Positions 9,921 through 20,900 of a stretch of DNA of 64,000 nucleotides are shown piece after piece. The notes beneath the pieces were generated by a model, which was not told the origin of the DNA, did no database searches, and saw only the letters and a list, made by a program, of their open reading frames with translations. Numbering within the stretch: the stretch's first letter is position 1; the number at the start of each line of letters is the position of its first letter. A program made the position numbers and the translations under genes. This DNA comes from Camelus ferus. Its lineage: Eukaryota. The stretch covers positions 50,532,001 to 50,596,000 of the forward strand of contig NC_045697.1 in assembly GCF_009834535.1 (NCBI RefSeq). Reading direction: 5' to 3'.

Positions 9921-12714
9921 CTGAGGATACCTGTGTTATCTAGCACTGTGATCAAGTTTTCTTTTGAAACACTGGTTTCCTGTTACCTGTGGGCATAATC
10001 ATGTTTGTAAAAGTACTTAAAACCACAAAAAAGAATCAGAATTCAGGAAAGGCCTCCTTGCTGTGAACTTAGAACCGTACCAGCTCCAAAGTTGCTAGCG
10101 ACCTATATAGGATTCAAACACGGGGGAGTTTTGGTGTTTCCAAACTAGGACAAAGCTTAACCTGTTAGTAAAAGAAATATCCCTGAAATTGCATTTACTG
10201 AAATGCTTTTCAGTACCGATGGGGTTCCCCTGCAAATCGAGATATTTTGTAAGTTAGTGGCAGGGGAGAATAATTAAATTTGTGTAAAAATAGAGGTTTA
10301 ATACTCCATTTGAATTTTTGCTATTTAGTTTTACTATTTTAGGTCTGTAAAAATAATTATTTTAAAGAGTATAACATTTACCTTTATATCATTCTTCTAT
10401 TAATCTTATTTTAAGAAGATGGAATGGGTTACTAAGTTCCAGGAATTGCAGTTCTTAAGAATGTGCCCCCAGTAATTAGGCTGGAGAGAACCAGTAAAGC
10501 ACTAAGATATTACTACCACCACCACCACCTCTGTTAAGGTGAAGTTAAAATTAAATTAATGTTTGGTGCATCTAATGAATAGAAAGTTTTAAGTTTAATA
10601 CAAATTCAAGATTTTCTCTTAATCTACTTAAGATTATTGAAGTGCCATTTTTAAGGCCAAACCATGTAATTATTGCTATTACATTTTGTGACTACAGGAG
10701 CATCTATAAATTTTCACTTGCCCCAAATTATTATAAATAATTTATAAATATGTTTTACTGAGATATTGCTTCTTTCTACCAGGAATGTCAATTGCTCATA
10801 TTTTCTGTACCTTTAAAACCTGTTTAAGTCAAGATAGGTTGTCATTTGCATCATGTCCACCCAGCAAATTCAATTTACCAGAAAGGAGCCATTTCATTAA
10901 GAGATGAATTTGGCTTTAGAAATCACACAAGAATGAGCTTGTCTAACTCATTAAACTTGGGCAATCACTTAACCACAGGAGTCATCCTGTTAAAGTTAAA
11001 AGAACTTGGCTCACTTTATATGTGCCTACATTCTGTATTTCTGCTTTTGTGGGGTTTTTGAACTGTTTGTTATTAAAACAATTTCTGAATACTATTTTTC
11101 CCAGGCAAATATTTGAATTATAAATCAAATAATCATCTTCTGTCCCACTGGTGAGAATTTAAGAAGAAATCATTTAAAGAATTAAATAAACCACAACCAA
11201 TGGCAGTTGCAGGAGGAAGATGCTAAGACTAATGTTAAATATCTTTATGTCTAAGACTGGGACATAGCACAACAGCCAGCTTCGTAATAACTGTCAACTG
11301 CTGCTTGCACAGTGCTTGGCATTTTGCAGAAGGGTCTCATGCACATCCCAATTCTGTCTTCAGTAGTTCTGGCCCCATCAAATCCAGTGCCTAATATATA
11401 GCGTACACTCAATGAATCTGTCTTGAGTGAATAAAGAAATAAACAATAGGCCTGATTTCCATTCCTATATGGCAAATAAGGAATGAAGACTCAAAAACAA
11501 TAAAGTGAACTTGCCAGAGGACACGTCCTCGAGTCAGGACTTGAATTCATGTTCAGATTCCGGATCATATGCCCTTTCCACTTCCCCAGCTGTGTCCTCC
11601 GGTAGGAGTCAGTTTACTGATCTCAGTGGGATTCTCCTAATTATTTCCTAAACTCAAGCTTTCAGTAAATTAAGTCTGTTATAAGAATCTAAACGTTAAA
11701 TGAACTGTGGCCTTTGCATGCATGTAGGCTGAGAGAAGTGGACCCCTGTCTCCCTAGATGTCTCTCCACTCTGGTGCATTGGGTCACATAATGTAGAAAC
11801 TCGTCTACCACTGGAGTTTGAGGTTCATACCAGAAAATAGCTCTCATCATCCCATGAGCTTCTCTTCCCCTGGACTCATCCTGCTGGATCCCACTTACAC
11901 TCTGTAGGAGGGTCTCCTGCCTTCCTGTCCTCAGTCCTCTCATCACGGAGTCCTTCCCTAATCCTGTAGAATGTAGAATGGGGGAGGTGGGCATGTGGCC
12001 TCACTGATATTTGCATTCGTTCCTAACACTTGTTAAAGTGAGAAAGAAGGCTAAGAACTGCAGCACTCCACTATCATTTTTTCTGTCTTTAATTTATTCA
12101 TTTCTCCCTGGTTATAAGCATCTCTGCAAGTATCTTCTCTTCCCTTCTCTCCCCTTAAGTTAATTTTTTCCTTCCTTTCTCCTTCTCCCTCCTCTTCCTT
12201 TTCTTTTTCTCTCCTTCCCTCTCTTCCTTCCTTTTTTTGTCTTTATTTCTTGCTCTTTCACTAACAACCAAAATTTGTTGCTGGACATTGGCAGGAAATG
12301 GTCTTCAGCCCATTGCTTCTCTCTCTCTCAACTTACACTGTAATGCTCGTGGATTCAGTTGCCATCCATTCATTCATAAGATATTGACTACCTATAATAT
12401 CCATGGCACTAGGCTGGGTGTATTGTTTGCAAGACAAACAGACAAATCATGCGTGGACTCTGACCTCAAGGAATTCGGGGAGTAAGGAAAGTACATATAT
12501 AAATGCAGTGCTGGGTAGAGAAGAATGACTATCATGAATGTGTGCAAACTGCTATGAGAGCTTGAGGGTGGGACTCAGTCAAACTCTCACATCATTTTTC
12601 ATGGATAAGTTTCATTGAAGTGAATCTGAAATAGTGAGTAGAATTTAGAAATCCAGTGGTAAGAGAAAGGATTCCAGGTGGGGGTGGGCCAAGCACTGAG
12701 GGGAGGCAGAGTGA

Positions 12715-12930
12715 TATAGTGAAAAGAGAGTGGGTTCTGGCTCCCATCATCCTAAAAGACTTTTTTTTTTAATTCTAGTTTGACCTTTACTCTCCATTTG
12801 ACCTTGACTGAAACTTTTTAATAATCTTGTGTCGATTTCCTCACGTATCAAATGAGGATTGTTAATAACAGCAACAACAACAAAAAGAACGCATTTAGAC
12901 CACGATAGGTGCTCAATTAAAGACAGCTAT
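12715..12930 (+). mobile_element. MIR SINE
   Basis: MIR-core-like gtttcctcacgtatcaaatgaggattgttaataa and terminal ataggtgctcaatta. Confidence 0.55.
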
Positions 12931-13595
12931 TATTAATGGACAAGTGTAGAAAGACACAGGGTGTGTACAATGGGCAGCAAACAGGTCAGGAATTTACTGG
13001 TTAATACATGCTGATGAGTCTTAAATTTTCATCACTAGCCATGAATTCTTATTCTGATCCCAGACTGACATTACATCAGGACTTTAATCTATGAATTATG
13101 TCATCACCTCAAACTCAACATGTCTTAAACTGAACATATTATCTCTTCTCCAAAATCAGCTCCTCTTTACAACTTCCTCCTGTTAATCAGTGATAACATC
13201 CTCTAGGCTGTAACTGCAGCTCTCATCACTGACTAAATGTAGTCTAAATTCTGATTTATCCAGGATTTCTCTAATATGTTTCTGTTATTATTCTATTATC
13301 CAGCTGTATTTCCACCACTCTCCAACACTTTTCATTTTAGTATGAATGTAACCCTTGCTTTTATATATAAAAATACACACATATATGCGGAACTCTTTCT
13401 CACCTCCATATCCTCATATTATTCAATCTCCATTAATTCTTCAGGGTCCTTTTTACACATACTTGTAGAAGAAGGGTACTTACTTCTTCAAAGCTCCTCA
13501 ACCAGGCAATTGTATGTCTATGTTTTATGCACCCCCCCAAGTATGTATAAATGAAGTCATGGTACCAATGAACCAACTTTATTTCCTTTATATGT

Positions 13596-14039
13596 TGGCA
13601 AAGGCTTCCTTCTTGGCCAGGCTTTACTTAGGCTCTTTTGAGTCCCTTTCTCAACTAGGCATGGACTTAGCCTGCCTGCGGAGCCCAGTTTTAGCAAAGA
13701 AATCTGCTCAGTTAGTTTATGGAGAATCCCTCTGGCTCTGTCATATCTGATCAAGTTCCTCATCTCCTACCCTTGATAGCTGGCCTAACCTTATCAAGAA
13801 TCATGGTAAGCTAGTTTCACAAGAATCCCTCTACCTTTGACATCTAATCAAATTCCTCTTAGTTTTCCATCCATTGATTCCCTCACTCTGCTCATTGGCT
13901 ATCAATCCATAGCTGTCTTGGCTGTATTCAGAGTTGAGTTCAGTCTCCCCTACTGCGATAGTTTTGACCCCATTGCAATAGTCTCAAATAAAGTCTTCCT
14001 TACATTTTTAACAAACGTTAGAATAATTTTTCTCTTACA
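13596..14039 (+). mobile_element. ERV1 solo LTR (MER31-like) between the MTHFD2L 3' end and the EPGN promoter
   Basis: TG...CA ends; internal repeats of agaatccctct; AATAAA near the 3' end (aaataaagtcttcctt); start matches my recollection of MER31. Confidence 0.75.
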
Positions 14040-14444
14040 TTGTTTTAATTAGTCTCTGGAAAGGCTCACTCCTGAATTTTAGCCTTGCCAAAGGGGCAAA
14101 AAATCTAAAAAAAACAACTCCTCTTGCATTTTGGGGTGGGGAGAGGGGGAAGCTCAAAATCACAGACTTCGCCTTTTCCTTGTACATTTATTTTGGGTTG
14201 GTATGTTTGTTTTGGGAATTTGGGGCACTTAAAAATTAAAGAGGGCCTTTCTGAAATGTTTGCTTGAGAGCTTTGGATTTAAACTTCTATCAGGGTTACT
14301 AGGCAAAGATTTGTGTGGAATGGGCTATAGAACCTTTTCTTTCATGTTTGAGAAATGTGCATTTCCCCAGCATGCTGTGAAGAAATAGATAACAACCACA
14401 TGAAAAAAGAAACTTATAGATAGATAGCTTAAGGAAAAAGAAGA

Positions 14445-15700
14445 CAGGTATTCCTTTCCAAATTACCTTTATTATACAGTTGAAATATTAATTATAAACA
14501 TCTAGTCTATTTTCACAAGAATGATCAAGAATACACACTAATAAGGACATGCATTGGGTACGAATCATTATTGGCACATAAACACACTAGGATTTGGGCA
14601 TGAAAACAATACAATTATGTGCCCAGGGTAGTCTCAAAATAGCCTTCAACTGACAGTCATATGTATTTTCTAATCTAAATCGTGTTAGAAACATGGCATC
14701 TACTTTGAAAACCAAATGCCATAAGAGAAGAGGGAAGAACTGTGGGCAACAAAGCAGTAGATTTTCAGTCACATCCTAAGGTTTAGTTTTGGCATACGGG
14801 AAGTGCATGTTTTCCTATGAAATTTCTAGATTTGTGAACAAACATAACGTCTATTCTTGAATGAAGTTCATGCTCATACTACAGCATATTTTTCTGATAT
14901 TTGTTGGAAAATACAACCTTCATTTTGTTTTGTATATTGGCTTATGTTTGGATTTTCCATTATTCCTCAAGGGAGGTGTTGTCCATATATTTTTCTAGAA
15001 GAACAAGGAAACTACATGTAAACCTAACATATTCTTATTACATTTCTACAATGGCAAGTAGTCATTCACAATTTGACATGCCTAATACTTTCCCAAGTAA
15101 CACTGCATTTTTTGCCTTCCCTGAATATTTTCTTTCCTTGAAGGGAGCATCATTTCTCGTTAAGATGCCTCAACTGATGCATTCGGGAGAAATGTGAGAT
15201 CAAAATTTTATTTTTAATATTTTATCTTTCTTTTAGCAAGTAAGCTCTTTTTCAGCATACAATATAGAACATAACATATATAAAAACTGAGCACGATTAC
15301 AGCAAAACCTAAATCACATTTTACAAGGGTGCCTTTTAGCTGACAAAACGTTAGTTAAAAACATACTGAGATATTTGTGCCAAAAATATATGCACTTATC
15401 GTGAGCCCTTTATTATTTTAATATTATGAACGAATGTTATTCACAAAGTAAACAACTGTTACTAAAGTTTTCATTGTCATCGCTTTGTTTTTTTCCTAAA
15501 ATTAAAACCCACTCCAAATATTCAGTGAATATTAGGAGGAAATGCATTAAGTTGTATGAATCATCTGATCCACAATGATTCCATCCATGAAAAAAATAAA
15601 TACAGTGTAGAAATAGCTTTGTAGTAAAATATAAAGGTTTTTTCCTTTTGTCAAGTAAATAAACAGCATGGCTTCAGTTTGCTTTGTGCTGTCATGTGAC
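14445..15700 (-). other. MTHFD2L: MTHFD2L 3' UTR (approximate extent)
   Basis: AT-rich stretch without an obvious interspersed repeat, running from the stop codon to AATAAA at 14473-14468. Confidence 0.6.
14468..14473 (-). terminator. MTHFD2L: Probable MTHFD2L poly(A) signal AATAAA
   Basis: Plus-strand tttatt; on the minus strand it is followed about 25 nt later by a GU/U-rich tract (tgtcttctttttcctt). Confidence 0.6.
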
Positions 15701-15813
15701 CTAGTAAATTATTTTTTTTGCTGCCAGAAGAGTGTTCTTGAGAAGCATCGCCACCGTCATGGGTCCCACGCCTCCGGGAACTGGTGTGATAAAGCTAGCC
15801 TTCTTCTGAACAG
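15701..15813 (-). CDS. MTHFD2L: MTHFD2L last coding exon
   Basis: Encodes [37 protein letters not shown] with the FolD signature [11 protein letters not shown]. Acceptor ttctgtttcctccaccag|; in phase with the 36108 donor; TAG at 15703-15701. Confidence 0.97.
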
Positions 15814-15889
15814 CTGGTGGAGGAAACAGAAAGTATTCTTTATTTTTTTTATTTTTTCTAAGAATTTCATATTTTCAAACGCACTTAAA

Positions 15890-16224
15890 TGTTAAAAGAT
15901 AAACTGAGGGCATTAAAAAAAAAAAGTAAAGAGTTTATTTGAGCAAAAATGGATTCAAATGGGGTGGCGCCAACCCTGAAGTAGTTGTTAAGGCTTCCAC
16001 CATCGGGTGCGCAGGGAGTGACTTACAGAGAAAAGGTGGAAGCAAAGCAAGCAGATTGTTGATTGGTTATAGCTTAAAGCCTAGTTGGCTGTTTGTGATT
16101 GGTTGTCCTTAGGTTTCTATTTTATAACCTTGAGGCATTTACAGGCTAAGATTTTGGTTTGCTCATGCAGGCAGCTGCGGCACTAGAACCACCTCAGTCT
16201 AATGGCCTCCTTGTTTAATTAACA
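15890..16224 (-). mobile_element. ERV1-type solo LTR about 75 bp upstream of the MTHFD2L last-exon acceptor, sense to the gene
   Basis: TGTTAA...TTAACA inverted termini; two CCAAT boxes (16062-16066, 16098-16102) and AATAAA (15934-15939) on the minus strand. Confidence 0.75.
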
Positions 16225-16297
16225 GAATATAGAAGATTTTTCTGCACTACACATAGAACCCTAACAACCTCACATCATTTTTAGAATGAAGCAGACT

Positions 16298-16300
<3 letters not shown>

Positions 16301-16328
<28 letters not shown>
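16301..16328. repeat. (CA)n microsatellite
   Basis: About 14 AC units. Confidence 0.95.
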
Positions 16329-17163
16329 CTCTGTGTATGATATCCAGTGTGTATAGAAAGAACACAATAAGGCCAACACTGTAGAATGAATCTCCATGTA
16401 GCTCAGTCTTACATGATGAAAATCTATAACCCATGATTGATCCAACTATGTGTAATCCCAGCTAGCTACTTCTAAAATACATAATATTGATCACAGAGTG
16501 GAGACAGGATAAAGACAGTTCCATTACATTAGAATGTTCCTGTTATAACAGCAGCATCATGTATATATGTGGATAATGCATTCCAGTCCAAGTCTAATAA
16601 GAATCACTAAACATATTAAAATTATCTGAAACACAAAACGCGCACAGTCCTCTTGTAAGGTATGAATGAAGACTTCTTCAGTGAATATACTTAAAGAAAA
16701 TGGCAGAGAATTTTCAGCAAGTTGTATTTAAGAATGTTCTTACACCCACAATATTACAGGTGAATGACTCCACGCACTGACCTACTTACTGGCTTAGTGC
16801 TTCACCGTGTGAATAAGAACAATGAAGTTTTTCCAGATAACTCTTTTCGTACAAAGTTAGCATAGACAATACTTCTTTCACGCATACTCTGACCTTATTA
16901 ATCACATGCTATTTAGATGTATTGCCTTTTACAAGTTTGCTCATATATGCATTAATATATAAAATCACATATTTGTAAAGCACTGACTTTGAAATATTAA
17001 TTCAGGAATAAAACCAGTAGATGTTTTCTAGAGCTTAAGTATTATTTTTAATTAGCGTATTTAATAATTGCCTTTATTATGTGTCAGGTGTTCTGTTGCC
17101 TCTTTAAGTCACAGTGGCACCTAACCCAGATGTTAGCATCCTCATTTTACTAATGAGTTACTC

Positions 17164-17258
17164 TTTTTGTGTGTTGTTGTTAGTGGAGAGACTGAGGATT
17201 GAACCCAGGATCTCATGCATGCTAAGCATGCTCTCTACCACTGAGCTATACCCTGCCC
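17164..17258 (-). mobile_element. tRNA-derived SINE (camelid Vic-1-like), short form
   Basis: Minus strand GGGTATAGCTCAGTGGTAGAG...CCTGGGTTCAATCC (Pol III A and B boxes) with an A-rich tail. Confidence 0.85.
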
Positions 17259-17619
17259 ACTTAAGTATTATTTTTGTACAATTTATATTGCCTTCTTGAA
17301 CTACAGTTTGTAAAATTTACATTTACTTTAAGTGTAAGTAGCATACTGCAATCATTTTTTAAATCATAGGAAAATATTATTTTACCTGAAGAAAAGTCTA
17401 AATAAGCTTGAAGTCATCATCAAAAAAAAATCCTGCTAGTGTGTATCACGAATCTTCTCATGGTGCACAACAAAGAAAAGAACACTGTGATTTGGAAGAT
17501 AATATTTTTGAAATATTAAGCATGTCCTTTCCCTGCCGTTCTTCTATTCAATGCACTCTGTGCTGAAGAAACACTAGACTAGGTCAACAGCCATTTCATA
17601 AATAGCTAGCTATGAATTA

Positions 17620-17975
17620 TCAGTCCTTCCTTCCTTTGCTCTTGCTATTCCTTCCACCTGGATACGCTGCTTCCCGAATACGCTGCTACGTTCTCCAAAT
17701 AAGAAACTCCTTACTATTCTTTAAAAGCCAATAAAATGTTACCTGTCCATAAATTTTCTCGAAACTTTACCCTTCCAACACTGAATTAAAAGCTCCACCA
17801 TCTATTTCCAGTCACTCTATACCAGACTCTATTATGGAATTTACCACACTGTGCTGTCTGCGCCTTTAACTAGACACCAGCACCTAGAAGGCAGAAACTC
17901 TTTGTGGTGGTGGCTGTCATTTTTTAATCTTAGAACTGCTCTGTGCTCTGAGGCATTCAGTAAATTTTGATAAAG
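17620..17975 (+). mobile_element. L2 3' fragment
   Basis: ctttgctcttgctattcccttccacctgga...ctagaaggcagaaact...ggcattcagtaaat. Confidence 0.55.
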
Positions 17976-20900
17976 CAAATTAACTAGCCCTTGATATTTA
18001 AAATCCAAAGTCAATTTGCAGGAATGTGTCGGTGCTTTTGACTAGATACAAACAACATCAAAACAATTTAAAGTTAATTTACTGAAAAATTCAAGCTACT
18101 TTTTTTGCTTGAGGGTGACAAACTGCATTTTTCACTTTCTAATAAGCTGACCTGATGGCATGAGCAATGCCTTCTAGGTAGGACCTTTTCTATAAGATTA
18201 GAAAAGTAATGCCTTTAAAAATTTCAGCAGGTCTCTGGAAGAAATGTACTACACTACTATTACTTACATTGATAGTATATAAAATCATAAACTTGTAAAG
18301 CACTAACTTTGAAATGTTAATAAAGATAGAATACTACTGAATAGTATAGTAAATTATGAATCAAGTACGAACTCAATCTTCCCTGGAAAACAAAATGGCT
18401 TATTTCACAATCAAAAGGTGGATTAAATTGGGAATCTATTGTGGGTATACAATCATTTTTTATGTAATTTGGTTTTCAACTTTGAAGAGGGAAGTGGTTT
18501 GGAATTATGTACATATGGAAAAATAATAATAACTGCAGCTACTATTAATTGAATACTCACTACTTGCCAAGAACTTCATACACATGACTTTAATAATTAA
18601 TATTTAATTATTATTTCATTTTAATAGATGAGGAAAATGTGGCTCACTGAAGTTAAAATGACCTACCACTCTCCTATATTGTAGATACATTCACAGCCAG
18701 GTTTGAATCATTCTGTGATTCTATAATTCCACCCCCATCCCAATACAACTATATTACCATAACTTGAACAAGTAGAAAAGTCCCAAGAAAGGCTCATGTG
18801 CCAAAAATTAACTCAGTTTTCTCAAAAGGTTAGGGAGATATTTTGGAAAAACAGACAAAGAGGGACAAGTTCTAATATAGTAATTTTCTGACAATTGTAC
18901 TATGAGTACTCATGGCTCATCATCTTTGAATTATATCCAGCACTTCAAATTACAGCTGACTTAGTAGTCTGAGTTACTTTCTTCCTGGGTGAGATTCAGA
19001 TCAGATAAACCATGGGTCTGCTCGGGTATTATGACCTTCTTCTTCCAAATTATGTTTTTCACAGCATGCATACTACTGTATTCTTTTGCTCAAAAAGTGA
19101 AGTTTGGGGTGGAGGAATAGGGAATGAGAACGGGCTGTTGCGTGAAATAACACCTGCCTGAAATTTGTAGCTCTGTGTCTTGCATTTTTGCACACTTTAC
19201 TGCCGAAAAGTAACACACATTTATCTTGTCTATCACTTAGACTAGAATTAGACTGTGTGATGGGTAATAGGTCTTCACTTGACCTAGGCTAGGACTTCTC
19301 TAGATATTAATAAGCATTTAGCTGCATCAACAGAGCCCTGTAAATTACTCATTAGCAGAAGTTGATGACCTCACTGTGAACACACCTGGTTATGCAAACA
19401 CTTGTTTCAAGTATTTTTATCTTTGGAATAAAGTAGACAGTTGTGAAAATGAAGTTTGTACATAGTGTTGACAGGTTGATTTTGATTTTGATTTTTCACA
19501 GTTGAATTTGATTTAAAAAATGTAAGAACTCTATTCCCTTTGATTTGATTTTCATGAGAATCTATGCCTGGGACAGTTTATCTGCTGCTGGCTAGTGTTA
19601 ACGTGTTCTTTGTCTATTTACATAAGGACCAGGATACAGAAGTAAATGCTTTCTCAAGAAAGATGAGGAATTATTATTGGCAAGGGCTGATGGGTACAGA
19701 TACCAGTGCTTAAAAGAAATTCTCTAGTCTAATGATTTTGCATAACTATTTCAGGGCTGTCCTAAGCAACGTGTTTATGAAGTACCAGAGGTGGCTTATG
19801 AGCTAAAATTAGTCATGTGAGAAAGAGTTAAATTCAATACATGTTTGATGCTCTTTAAGTCATCTTCCCGAATCCTGTCTGCAAGAGAGTAAATTAACAA
19901 GCATTATATCACCAGAATAACTTTTCATTGGCTGGTCTGAGGGCAGACAAGGGTTAGCACTTGCTTATAGAAATAATGCTATTAAAGATTAATCCTGTTA
20001 TGTGTGGGAAAAAGGTGTTCTATATGCTCCACTGAAAATAATTACAGAAGAATTTTAAGGCAATAATTCTACTCAGAAACTTATATCCTATGAGAGAGTG
20101 TGGGTGTGTGTTTCAAGGAAAATACCAAAAATTCTGTATGTATGAGAATCAGGTATTGTATCTTGATTGATACTTGTGCTTTCATGAAACCAGAGTTAAA
20201 TTCAATTTCATAAAGTCAACATGATTTCAGAGTTACTGAAACCGTAATGGAGGCAAATAAAACAATCATAAAATCCTATTATCATCTGCATGGAACTTAC
20301 CTTAGGGAATGAGATTTATATGGAAATGATTTGGTGATGTTTAAAGCAGTTTCTGAAAATAAGAATATTTTGAGGAAAGGCAACAATGATTATGACAATA
20401 TATTTGAATGACTCTCTGTAGACTTTAGGCCCTGCAAAGTAAATTCTATAGATTTCCTTAAAAATAATAATGCTCTACCAGCATAATTTAGACTGTGAGA
20501 GAGTGTATGTTCAGTTGTATAGAAAGAAAAGATATTACCATTTAAAGTCAGTCATTTTAGACACATGATTTGCCTTTGTACTTACTATTCTCTGTTTGAC
20601 ATACAAATACTTGAATCATAGTTACTCGTGCCCCATTGGTCAAAGCAAGTCATGTGATCAAGCTCAAATTTAAAGGCTTGGAATAGGAAGAATGGCAAAG
20701 TCACATTGCCTAGAGGACAGAAGATATGTGTAGTCATTTTTGATAATCCACTGTAACGGTCTCTTGGTTTTCAGTCTCCACCTTATTAGCCATATAATCT
20801 GCTGCCAGATTTATTCTTCAAAGCATATATTAGATCATTTCAGCTTATAAACATTTGATGAATCGTCACTGTCTCTTCAGTAAAATATAAACTATTTGTC

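Noticed and set aside
16783..16900. Minus-strand GTAAGT donor-like site near 16790 suggesting a cryptic exon
   Set aside because: No convincing upstream polypyrimidine tract or acceptor and no coding similarity.
18592..18612. Short AT-only palindrome aataattaa-tat-ttaattatt
   Set aside because: Low complexity, inside a MIR remnant, expected by chance.
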